Source: Eledone cirrhosa
Lineage: Eukaryota
Direction: 5' to 3'
Assembly: GCA_964016885.1 (NCBI GenBank)
Contig: CAXHJY010001222.1
Span: 10,544 to 74,543, forward strand
Length of the DNA stretch: 64,000 nucleotides
Shown piece after piece: positions 50,912 to 62,900 of this stretch. Position 1 is the first letter of the stretch. The number at the start of each line of letters is the position of its first letter. Position numbers and translations under genes: made by a program. The notes under the pieces are model-generated. The model worked only from the letters and a program-made list of their open reading frames with translations, was not told the origin of the DNA and did not search any database.

Positions 50912-53900
50912 TAGTGGTAGTGTTGTTAATGCCGTTGATGGTGTTGGTGGTGTTGGTGGTGGTGTTGGTGTTGGTTGTAGTGGTAGTGTTGGTGTTGGTT
51001 GTAGTGGTAGTGTTGGTAATGCCGTTGTTGGTGGTGGTGTTGGTGTTGGTGTTGGTTGTAGTGGTAGTGTTGGTAATGCCAGTGGTGGTGTTAGTGGTGG
51101 TGTTGGTTGTAGTGGTAGTGTTGGTAATGCCGTTGTTATTGTTGTTGTTGTTGTTGGTGTTGGTGGTGTTGGTGGTGTTGGTTGTAGTGGTAGTGTTGGT
51201 AATGCCGTTGTTGGTGGTGGTGGTGGTGTTGGTGTTGGTTGTAGTGGTAGTGTTGGTAATGCCGTTGTTGGTGGTGGTGTTGGTGTTGGTGTTGGTTGTA
51301 GTGGTAGTGTTGGTAATGCCGGTGTTGGTGGTGGTGTTGGTGTTGGTTGTAGTGGTAGTGTTGGTAATGCCGTTGTTGGTGGTGGTGGTGGTGTTGGTGT
51401 TGGTTGTAGTAGTAGTGTTGGTAATGCCGTTGTTGGTGTTGGTGGTGGTGTTGGTTGTAGTGGTTGTGTTGGTAATGCCGTTGTTGGTGGTGGTGTTGGT
51501 TGTAGTGGTAGTGTTGGTAATGCCGGTGTTGGTGGTGGTGTTGGTGGTGGTGTTGGTTGTAGTGATAGTGTTGGTAATGCCGTTGTTGGTGGTGGTGGTG
51601 GTGGTGTTGGTTGTAGTGGTAGTGTTGGTAATGCCGGTGTTGGTGGTGGTGTTGGTGTTGGTTGTAGTGGTAGTGTTGGTAATGCCGTTTTTGTTGGTGG
51701 TGGTGGTGGTGTTGGTGTTGGTTGTAGTGGTAGTGTTGGTAATGCTGTTGTCGTTGGTGGTGGTGGTGTTGGTGGTGGTGGTTGTAGTGGTAGTGTTGGT
51801 AATGCCGTTGTTGTTGGTGGTGTTGGTGTTGGTTGTAGTGGTAGTGTTGGTAATGCCGTTGTTGGTGGTGGTGGTGTTGGTGTTGGTTGTAGTGGTAGTG
51901 TTGGTAATGCCGTTGTTGTTGTTGGTGGTGGTGGTGGTGGTTGTAGTGGTACTGTTGGTAATGCCGTTGTTGTTGTTGTTGTTGGTGTTGGTGTTGGTGT
52001 TGGTTGTAGTGGAAGTGTTGGTAATGCCGTTGTTGTTGTTGGTGGTGGTGTTGGTGTTGGTTGTTGTGGTAGTGTTGGTAATGCCGTTGTTGTTGTTGTT
52101 GTTGGTGTTGGTGTTGGTGTTGGTTGTAGTGGTAGTGTTGGTAATGCCGTTGTTGTTGGTGGTGTTGGTGCTGATGTTGGTTGTAGTGGTAGTATTGGCA
52201 ATGCCGTTGTTGGTGTTGGTGTTGGTGTTGGTTGTAGTGGTAGTGTTGGTAATGCCGTTGTTGGTGGTGGTGTTGGTGTTGGTTGTAGTGGTAGTGTTGG
52301 CAAAGCCGTTGTTGGTGGTGTTGGTGGTGTTAGTGGTGGTGTTGGTGTTGGTTGTAGTGGTAGTGTTGGTAATGCCGTTGTTGTTGTTGGTGTTGGTGTT
52401 GGTTGTAGTGGTAGTGTTGGTAATGCCGTTGTTGGTGGTGGTGTTGATGTTGGTTGTAGTGGTAGTGTTGGCAAAGCCGTTGTTGGTGGTGTTGGTGGTG
52501 TTAGTGGTGGTGTTGGTGTTGGTTGTAGTGGTAGTGTTGGTAATGCCGTTGTTGGCGGTGGTGTTGGTTGTAGTGGTAGTGTTGGTAATGCCAGTGGTGG
52601 TGTTGGTTGTGGTGTTGGTTGTAGTGGTAGTGTTGGTAATGCCGTTGTTGTTGTTGTTGGTGGTGGTGGTGGTGGTGTTGGTTGTAGTGGTAGTGTTGGT
52701 AATGCCATTGTTGTTGTTGGTGTTGGTGGTGTTAGTTATAGTGGTAGTGTTGGTAATGCCGTTGTTGGTGTTGGTGTTGGTGTTGGTTGTAGTGGTAGTG
52801 TTGGTAATGCCGGTGTTGGTGGTGGTGTTGGTGTTTGTTGTAGTGGTAGCGTTGGTAATGCCGTTGTTGGTGGTGGTGTTGGTGTTGGTTGTAGTGGTAG
52901 TGTTGGTAATGCCGTTGTTGTTGGTGGTGTTGTTGGTGGTGTTGATTGTAGTGGTAGTGTTGGTAATGCCGTTGTTGTTGGTGGTGTTGGTGGTGTTGGT
53001 GGTGTTGGTTGTAGTGGTAGTGTTGGTAATGCCATTGTTGTTGTTGGTGTTGGTGGTGTTAGTTATAGTGGTAGTGTTGGTAATGCCGTTGTTGGTGTTG
53101 GTGTTGGTGTTGGTTGTAGTGGTAGTGTTGGTAATGCCGGTGTTGGTGGTGGTGTTGGTGTTTGTTGTAGTGGTAGCGTTGGTAATGCCGTTGTTGGTGG
53201 TGGTGTTGGTGTTGGTTGTAGTGGTAGTGTTGGTAATGCCGTTGTTGTTGGTGGTGTTGTTGGTGGTGTTGATTGTAGTGGTAGTGTTGGTAATGCCGTT
53301 GTTGTTGTTGTTGGTGGTGGTGGTGGTGGTGTTGGTTGTAGTGGTAGTGTTGGTAATGCCATTGTTGTTGTTGGTGTTGGTGGTGTTAGTTATAGTGGTA
53401 GTGTTGGTAATGCCGTTGTTGGTGTTGGTGTTGGTGTTGGTTGTAGTGGTAGTGTTGGTAATGCCGGTGTTGGTGGTGGTGTTGGTGTTTGTTGTAGTGG
53501 TAGCGTTGGTAATGCCGTTGTTGGTGGTGGTGTTGGTGTTGGTTGTAGTGGTAGTGTTGGTAATGCCGTTGTTGGTGGTGTTGGTGTTGGTGGTGTTGGT
53601 TGTAGTGGTAGTGTTGGTAATGCTGTTGTTGGTGGTGGTGGTGTTGGTTGTAGTGGTAGTGTTGGTAAATCCGTTGTTGTTGGTGGTGTTGGTGGTGTTG
53701 GTTGTAGTGGTAGTGTTGGTAATGCCGTTGTTGGTGGTGTTGGTGTTGGTTGTAGTGGTAGTGTTGGTAATGCCGTTGTTTTTGGTGGTGGTGGTGTTGG
53801 TTGTAGTGGTAGTGTTGGTAAATCCGTTGTTCTTGGTGGTGGTGGTGGTGTTGGTGTTGGTTGTAGTGGTAGTGTTGGTAATGCCGTTGTTGGTGGTGGT

Positions 53901-56900
53901 GGTGTTGGTTGTAGTGGTAGTGTTGGTAAATCCGTTGTTGTTGGTGGTGGTGTTGGTGTTTGTTGTAGTGGTAGTGTTGGTAATGCCGTTGTTGGTGGTG
54001 GTGGTGTTGGTTGTAGTGGTAGTGTTGGTAAATCCGTTGTTGTTGGTGGTGGTGTTGGTGTTGGTTGTAGTGGTAGTGTTGGTAATGCCGTTGTTGGTGG
54101 TGGTGGTGTTGGTTGTAGTGGTAGTGTTGGTAAATCCGTTGTTGTTGGTGGTGGTGTTGGTGTTGGTTGTAGTGGTAGTGTTGGTAATGCCGTTGTTGGT
54201 GGTGGTGTTGGTGTTGGTTGTAGTGGTAGTGTTGGTAATGCCGGTGTTGGTGGTGGTGTTGGTGTTGGTTGTAGTGGTAGTGTTGGTAATGCCGTTGTTG
54301 TTGGTGGTGGTGGTGGTGTTGGTGTTGGTTGTAGTGGTAGTGTTGGTAATGCCGTTGTTGGTGGTGGTGTTGGTGTTGGTGTTGGTTGTAGTGGTAGTGT
54401 TGGTAATGCCGTTGTTGGTGGTGGTGGTGGTGTTGGTGTTGGTTGTAGTGGTAGTGTTGGTAATGCCGTTGTTGGTGGTGGTGTTGGTGTTGGTTGTAGT
54501 GGTAGTGTTGGTAATGCCGGTGTTGGTGGTGGTGTTGGTGTTGGTTGTAGTGGTAGTGTTGGTAATGCCGGTGTTGGTGGTGGTGTTGGTGTTGGTTGTA
54601 GTGGTAGTGTTGGTAATGCCGTTGTTGGTGGTGGTGTTGGTGTTGGTTGTAGTGGTAGTGTTGGTAATGCCGTTGTTGGTGGTGTTGGTGTTGGTGTTGG
54701 TTGTAGTGGTAGTGTTGGTAATGCCGTTGTTGGTGGTAGTGGTGGTGTTGGTGTTGGTTGTAGTGGTAGTGTTGGTAATGCCATTGTTGGTGGTGGTGTT
54801 GGTGTTTGTTGTAGTGGTAGTGTTGGTAATGCCGTTGTTGGTGGTGGTGGTGTTGTTGGTGTTGGTTGTAGTGGTAGTGTTGGTAATGCCGTTGTTGGTG
54901 GTGTTGGTGTTGGTGTTGGTTGTAGTGGTAGTGTTGGTAATGCCGTTGTTGGTGGTGGTGTTGGTGTTGGTTGTAGTGGTAGTGTTGGTAATGCCGTTGT
55001 TGGTGGTGGTGTTGGTGTTGGTTGTAGTGGTAGTGTTGGTAATGCCGTTGTTGGTGGTGTTGTTGGTGTTGGTTGTAGTGGTAGTGTTGGTAATGCCGTT
55101 GTTGGTGGTGTTGGTGTTGGTGTTGGTTGTAGTGGTAGTGTTGGTAATGCCGTTGTTGGTGGTGGTGTTGGTGTTGGTTGTAGTGGTAGTGTTGGTAATG
55201 CCGTTGTTGGTGGTGGTGTTGGTGTTGGTTGTAGTGGTAGTGTTGGTAATGCCGTTGTTGTTGTTGGTGGTGGTGTTGGTTGTAGTGGTAGTGTTGGTAA
55301 TGCCGTTGTTGGTGGTGGTGGTGGTGTTGGTGTTGGTTGTAGTGGTAGTGTTGGTAATGCCGTTGTTGGTGGTGGTGGTGGTGTTGGTGTTGGTTGTAGT
55401 GTAAGTGTTGGTAATGCCGTTGTTGGTGGTGGTGGTGGTGTTGGTTGTAGTGGTAGTGTTGGTAATGCCGTTGTTGGTGGTGGTGTTGGTGTTGGTTGTA
55501 GTGGTAGTGTTGGTAATGCCGTTGTTGGTGGTGGTGTTGGTGTTGGTTGTAGTGGTAGTGTTGGTAATGCCGTTGTTGTTGTTGGTGGTGGTGTTGGTTG
55601 TAGTGGTAGTGTTGGTAATGCCGTTGTTGGTGGTGGTGGTGGTGTTGGTGTTGGTTGTAGTGGTAGTGTTGGTAATGCCGTTGTTGGTGGTGGTGGTGGT
55701 GTTGGTGTTGGTTGTAGTGGTAGTGTTGGTAATGCCGTTGTTGGTGTTGGTGGTGGTGTTGGTGTTGATTGTAGTGGTATTGTTGGTAATGCCGCTGTTG
55801 GTGGTGGTGGTGGTGTTGGTTATAGTGGTAGTGTTGGTAATGCCGTTGTTGGTGGTGGTGGTGGTGTTGGTGTTGGTTGTAGTGGTAGTGTTGGTAATGC
55901 CGTTGTTGGTGTTGGTGGTGGTGTTGGTGTTGGTTGTAGTGGTAGTGTTGGTAATGCCGTTGTTGGTGGTGGTGGTGGTGTTGGTGTTGGTTGTAGTGGT
56001 AGTGTTGGTAATGCCGTTGTTGGTGGTGGTGGTGTTGGTGTTGGTTGTAGTGGTAGTGTTGGTAATGCCGTTGTTGGTGTTGGTGGTGGTGTTGGTGTTG
56101 GTTGTAGTGGTAGTGTTGGTAATGCCGTTGTTGTTGTTGGTGGTGGTGTTGGTGTTGGTTGTAGTGGTAGTGTTGGTAATGCCGTTGTTGGTGGTGGTGG
56201 TGTTGGTGTTGGTGTTGGTTGTAGTGGTAGTGTTGGTAATGCCGCTGTTGGTGGTGGTGGTGGTGTTGGTTGTAGTGGTAGTGTTGGTAATGCCGTTGTT
56301 GGTGTTGGTGGTGGTGTTGGTGTTGGTTGTATTGGTAGTGTTGGTAATGCCGTTGTTGGTGGTGGTGGTGGTGTTGGTGTTGGTTGTAGTGGTAGTGTTG
56401 GTAATGCCGTTGTTGGTGGTGGTGGTGGTGTTGGTGTTGGTTGTAGTGGTAGTGTTGGTAATGCCGTTGTTGGTGGTGGTGGTGTTGGTGTTGGTTGTAG
56501 TGTTAGTGTTGGTAATGCCGTTGTTGGTGTTGGTGGTGGTGTTGGTGTTGGTTGTATTGGTAGTGTTGGTAATGCCGTTGTTGGTGGTGGTGGTGGTGTT
56601 GGTGTTGGTTGTAGTGGTAGTGTTGGTAATGCCGTTGTTGGTGGTGGTGGTGTTGGTGTTGGTGTTGGTTGTAGTGGTAGTGTTGGTAATGCCGTTGTTG
56701 GTGGTGGTGGTGTTGGTGTTGGTGTTGGTTGTAGTGGTAGTGTTGGTAATGCCGCTGTTGGTGGTGGTGGTGGTGTTGGTTGTAGTGGTAGTGTTGGTAA
56801 TGCCGTTGTTGGTGGTGGTGTTGGTGTTGGTTGTAGTGGTAGTGTTGGTAATGCCGTTGTTGGTGGTGGTGTTGGTGTTGGTTGTATTGGTAGTGTTGGT

Positions 56901-59900
56901 AATGCCGTTGTTGGTGGTGGTGGTGGTGTTGGTGTTCGTTGTAGTGGTAGTGTTGGTAATGCCGTTGTTGGTGTTGGTGGTGGTGTTGGTGTTGATTGTA
57001 GTGGTAGTGTTGGTAATGCCGCTGTTGGTGGTGGTGGTGTTGGTGTTGGTTGTAGTGGTAGTGTTGGTAATGCCGTTGTTGGTGGTGGTGGTGGTGTTGG
57101 TGTTGGTTGTAGTGGTAGTGTTGGTAATGCCGTTGTTGGTGGTGGTGGTGTTGGTGTTGGTTGTAGTGGTAGTGTTGGTAATGCCGTTGTTGGTGGTGGT
57201 GGTGGTGTTGGTGTTGGTTGTAGTGGTAGTGTTGGTAATGCCGTTGTTGGTGGTGGTGGTGGTGTTGGTGTTGGTTGTAGTGGTAGTGTTGGTAATGCCG
57301 TTGTTGGTGGTGGTGGTGTTGGTGTTGGTGTTGGTTGTAGTGGTAGTGTTGGTAATGCCGTTGTTGGTGGTGGTGTTGGTGTTGGTTGTAGTGGTAGTGT
57401 TGGTAATGCCGTTGTTGGTGGTGGTGGTGGTGTTGGTGTTGGTTGTAGTGGTAGTGTTGGTAATGCCGTTGTTGGTGGTGGTGGTGGTGTTGGTGTTCGT
57501 TGTAGTGGTAGTGTTGGTAATGCCGTTGTTGTTGTTGGTGGTGGTGTTGGTGGTAGTGGTGGTTGTAGTGGTAGTGTTGGTAATGCCGTTGTTGGTGTTG
57601 GTGGTGGTGTTGGTGTTGATTGTAGTGGTAGTGTTGGTAATGCCGCTGTTGGTGGTGGTGGTGTTGGTGTTGGTTGTAGTGGTAGTGTTGGTAATGCCGT
57701 TGTTGGTGGTGGTGTTGGTGTTGGTTGTAGTGGTAGTGTTGGTAATGCCGTTGTTGTTGTTGGTGGTGGTGTTGGTTGTAGTGGTAGTGTTGGTAATGCC
57801 GTTGTTGGTGGTGGTGGTGGTGTTGGTGTTGGTTGTAGTGGTAGTGTTGGTAATGCCGTTGTTGGTGGTGGTGGTGGTGTTGGTGTTGGTTGTAGTGGTA
57901 GTGTTGGTAATGCCGTTGTTGGTGTTGGTGGTGGTGTTGGTGTTGATTGTAGTGGTATTGTTGGTAATGCCGCTGTTGGTGGTGGTGGTGGTGTTGGTTA
58001 TAGTGGTAGTGTTGGTAATGCCGTTGTTGGTGGTGGTGGTGGTGTTGGTGTTGGTTGTAGTGGTAGTGTTGGTAATGCCGTTGTTGGTGTTGGTGGTGGT
58101 GTTGGTGTTGATTGTAGTGGTAGTGTTGGTAATGCCGTTGTTGGTGGTGGTGGTGTTGGTGTTGGTGTTGGTTGTAGTGGTAGTGTTGGTAATGCCGTTG
58201 TTGGTGGTGGTGGTGGTGTTGGTGTTGATTGTAGTGTTGGTAATGCCGTTGTTGTTGTTGGTGGTGGTGTTGGTTGTAGTGGTAGTGTTGGTAATGCCGT
58301 TGTTGGTGGTGGTGGTGGTGTTGGTGTTGGTTGTAGTGGTAGTGTTGGTAATGCCGTTGTTGGTGGTGGTGGTGTTGGTGTTGGTGTTGGTTGTAGTGGT
58401 AGTGTTGGTAATGCCGTTGTTGGTGGTGGTGGTGTTGGTGGTGTTGGTTGTAGTGGTATTGTTGGTAATGCTGTTGTCGTTGGTGGTGGTGGTGTTGGTG
58501 TTGGTTGTAGTGGTAGTGTTGGTAATGCCGTTGTTGGTGGTGGTGTTGGTGTTGGTTGTAGTGGTAGTGTTGGTAATGCCGTTGTTGGTGGTGGTGTTGG
58601 TTGTAGTGGTAGTGTTGGTAATGTCGTTGTTGTTTTTGTTGGTGGTGGTGTTAGTGTTGGTGTTGGTTGTAGTGGTAGTGTTGGTAATGCCGTTGTTGTT
58701 GTTGTTGGTGGTGGTGGTGTTAGTGGTAGTGTTGGTAATGCCGTTGTTGTTTTTGTTGTTGGTGGTGGTGGTGTTGGTGTTGGTTGTAGTGGTAGTGTTG
58801 GTAATGCCGTTGTTGTTGTTGTTGGTGGTGTTGGTTGTAGTGGTAGTGTTGGTAATGCCGTTGTTGTTTTTGTTGTTGGTGGTGGTGGTGTTGGTGTTGG
58901 TTGTAGTGGTAGTGTTGGTAATGCCGTTGTTGTTGGTGGTGGTGGTGTTGGTTGTAGTGGTAGTGTTGGTAATGCCGTTGTTGTTTTTGTTGTTGGTGGT
59001 GGTGGTGTTGGTGTTGGTTGTAGTGGTAGTGTTGGTAATGCCGTTGTTGTTGGTGGTGGTGGTGTTGGTTGTAGTGGTAGTGTTGGTAATGCCGTTGTTG
59101 TTTTTGTTGTTGGTGGTGGTGGTGTTGGTGTTGGTTGTAGTGGTAGTGTTGGTAATGCCGTTGTTGTTGTTGGTGGTGGTGGTGGTGTTGGTTGTAGTGG
59201 TAGTGTTGGTAATGCCGTTGTTGGTGTTGGTGTTGGTGGTGCTGTTGGTTGTAGTGGTAGTGTTGGTAATGCCGTTGTTGGTGTTGGTGTTGGTGGTGCT
59301 GTTGGTTGTAGTGGTAGTGTTGGTAATGCCGTTGTTGGTGTTGGTGTTGGTGTTGGTGTTGGTTGTAGTGGTAGTGTTGGTAATGCCGTTGTTGGTGGTG
59401 GTGTTGGTGTTGGTTGTAGTGGTAGTGTTGGTAATGCCGTTGTTGTTGTTGGTGGTGGTGGTGGTGTTGGTTGTAGTGGTAGTGTTGGTAATGCCGTTGT
59501 TGGTGTTGGTGTTGGTGGTGCTGTTGGTTGTAGTGGTAGTGTTGGTAATGCCGTTGTTGGTGGTGGTGTTGGTGTTGGTTGTAGTGGTAGTGTTGGCAAT
59601 GCCGTTGTTGGTGATGGTGGTGGTGTTGGTGTTGGTTGTAGTGGTAGTGTTCGTAATGCCGTTGTTGTTGGTGGTGGTGGTGTTGGTTGTAGTGGTAGTG
59701 TTGGTAATGCCGTTGTTGTTGGTGGTGTTGGTGTTGGTTGTAGTGGTAGTGTTGGTTGTAGTGGTAGTGTTGGTAATGCCGTTGTTGGTGGTGGTGGTGG
59801 TGTTGATGTTGGTTTTAGTGGTAGTGTTGGTAATGCTGTTGTCGTTGGTGGTGGTGGTGTTGGTGTTGGTTATAGTGGTAGTGTTGGTAATGCCGTTGTT

Positions 59901-62900
59901 GGTGCTGGTGGTGGTGTTGGTGTTGATTGTAGTGGTAGTGTTGGTAATGCCGTTGTTGTTGTTGTTGGTGGTGGTGGTGTTGGTTGTAGTGGTAGTGTTG
60001 GTAATGCCGTTGTTGGTGTTGGTGTTGGTGGTGCTGTTGGTTGTAGTGGTAGTGTTGGCAATGCCGTTGTTGGTGGTGGTGGTGGTGTTGGTGTTGGTTG
60101 TAGTGGTAGTGTTCGTAATGCCGTTGTTGTTGGTGGTGTTGGTGGTGGTGGTGTTGGTTGTAGTGGTAGTGTTGGTAATGCCGTTGTTGTTGGTGGTGTT
60201 GGTGTTGGTTGTAGTGGTAGTGTTGGTTGTAGTGGTAGTGTTGGTAATGCCGTTGTTGGTGGTGGTGGTGGTGTTGATGTTGGTTTTAGTGGTAGTGTTG
60301 GTAATGCTGTTGTCGTTGGTGGTGGTGGTGTTGGTGTTGGTTATAGTGGTAGTGTTGGTAATGCCGTTGTTGGTGCTGGTGGTGGTGTTGGTGTTGATTG
60401 TAGTGGTAGTGTTGGTAATGCCGTTGTTGTTGTTGTTGGTGGTGGTGGTGTTGGTTGTAGTGGTAGTGTTGGTAATGCCGTTGTTGGTGGTGGTGTTGGT
60501 GTTGGTTGTAGTGGTAGTGTTGGTAATGCCGTTGTTGTTGTTGTTGGTGGTGGTGGTGTTGGTTGTAGTGGTAGTGTTGGTAATGCCGTTGTTTTTGGTG
60601 GTGTTGGTGGTGGTGGTGTTGGTTGTAGTGGTAGTGTTGGTAATGCCGTTGTTGTTGGTGGTGTTGGTGGTGTTGGTTGTAGTGGTAGTGTTGGTAATGC
60701 CGTTGTTGGTGGTGTTGGTGTTGGTTGTAGTGGTAGTGTTGGTAATGCCGTTGTTGGTGGTGGTGTTGGTGGTGGTTGTAGTGGTAGTGTTGGTAATGCC
60801 GTTGTTGTTGGTGGTGGTGGTGTTGGTGTTGGTTGTAGTGGTAGTGTTTAATGTCGGTGTTGTTGTTGGTGTTGGTGTTGGTTGTAGTGGTAGTGTTGGT
60901 AATGCCGTTGTTGGTGGTGGTGGTGTTGTCGGTGTTGGTTGTAGTGGTAGTGTTGGTAATGCCGTTGTTGGTGGTGTTGGTGTTGGTGTTGGTTGTAGTG
61001 GTAGTGTTGGTAATGCCGTTGTTGGTGGTGGTGTTTGTGTTGGTTGTAGTGGTAGTGTTGGTAATGCCGTTGTTGTTGGTGGTGGTGGTGTTGGTGTTGG
61101 TTGTAGTGGTAGTGTTTAATGTCGGTGTTGTTGTTGGTGTTGGTGTTGGTTGTAGTGGTAGTGTTGGTAATGCCGTTGTTGGTGGTGGTGTTGGTGTTGG
61201 TTGTAGTGGTAGTGTTGGTAATGCCGTTGTTGTTGGTGGTGGTTGTGTTGGTGTTGGTTGTAGTGGTAGTGTTGGTAATGCCGTTGTTGTTGGTGGTGGT
61301 GGTGTTGGTGTTGGTTGTAGTGGTAGTGTTGGTAATGCCGTTGTTGTTGGTAGTGTTGGTGTTGGTTGTAGTGGTAGTGTTGGTAATGCCGTTGTTGGTG
61401 TTGGTGGTGGTGTTGGTTGTAGTGGTAGTATTGGTAATGCCGTTGTTGTTGGTGGTGGTGGTGTTGGTGTTGGTTGTAGTGGTAGTGTTTAATGTCGGTG
61501 TTGTTGTTGGTGTTGGTGTTGGTTGTAGTGGTAGTGTTGGTAATGCCGTTGTTGGTGGTGGTGTTGGTGTTGGTTGTAGTGGTAGTGTTGGTAATGCCGT
61601 TGTTGTTGGTGGTGGTTGTGTTGGTGTTGGTTGTAGTGGTAGTGTTGGTAATGCCGTTGTTGTTGGTGGTGGTGGTGTTGGTGTTGGTTGTAGTGGTAGT
61701 GTTGGTAATGCCGTTGTTGTTGGTAGTGTTGGTGTTGGTTGTAGTGGTAGTGTTGGCAATGCCGTTGTTGGTGGTGGTGGTGGTGTTGGTGTTGGTTGTA
61801 GTGGTAGTGTTCGTAATGCCGTTGTTGTTGGTGGTGGTGGTGTTGGTTGTAGTGGTAGTGTTGGTAATGCCGTTGTTGTTGGTGGTGTTGGTGTTGGTTG
61901 TAGTGGTAGTGTTGGTTGTAGTGGTAGTGTTGGTAATGCCGTTGTTGGTGGTGGTGGTGGTGTTGATGTTGGTTTTAGTGGTAGTGTTGGTAATGCTGTT
62001 GTCGTTGGTGGTGGTGGTGTTGGTGTTGGTTATAGTGGTAGTGTTGGTAATGCCGTTGTTGGTGCTGGTGGTGGTGTTGGTGTTGATTGTAGTGGTAGTG
62101 TTGGTAATGCCGTTGTTGTTGTTGTTGGTGGTGGTGGTGTTGGTTGTAGTGGTAGTGTTGGTAATGCCGTTGTTGGTGGTGGTGTTGGTGTTGGTTGTAG
62201 TGGTAGTGTTGGTAATGCCGTTGTTGTTGTTGTTGGTGGTGGTGGTGTTGGTTGTAGTGGTAGTGTTGGTAATGCCGTTGTTTTTGTGGTGTTGGTGGTG
62301 GTGGTGTTGGTTGTAGTGGTAGTGTTGGTAATGCCGTTGTTGTTGGTGGTGTTGGTGGTGTTGGTTGTAGTGGTAGTGTTGGTAATGCCGTTGTTGGTGG
62401 TGTTGGTGTTGGTTGTAGTGGTAGTGTTGGTAATGCCGTTGTTGGTGGTGGTGTTGGTGGTGGTTGTAGTGGTAGTGTTGGTAATGCCGTTGTTGTTGGT
62501 GGTGGTGGTGTTGGTGTTGGTTGTAGTGGTAGTGTTTAATGTCGGTGTTGTTGTTGGTGTTGGTGTTGGTTGTAGTGGTAGTGTTGGTAATGCCGTTGTT
62601 GGTGGTGGTGGTGGTGTCGGTGTTGGTTGTAGTGGTAGTGTTGGTAATGCCGTTGTTGGTGGTGTTGGTGTTGGTGTTGGTTGTAGTGGTAGTGTTGGTA
62701 ATGCCGTTTGTTGGTGGTGGTGTTTGTGTTGGTTGTAGTGGTAGTGTGGTAATGCCGTTGTTGTTGGTGGTGGTGGTGTTGGTGTTGGTTGTAGTGGTAG
62801 TGTTTAATGTCGGTGTTGTTGTTGGTGTTGGTGTTGGTTGTAGTGGTAGTGTTGGTAATGCCGTTGTTGGTGGTGGTGTTGGTGTTGGTTGTAGTGGTAG

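Noticed and set aside
32567-61759. Minus-strand Pro/Thr-rich mucin-like ORFs as real CDS
   Set aside because: Amplified stops and frameshifts, no synonymous variation, and a terminus in an antisense SINE. Kept only as a testable alternative in the findings.
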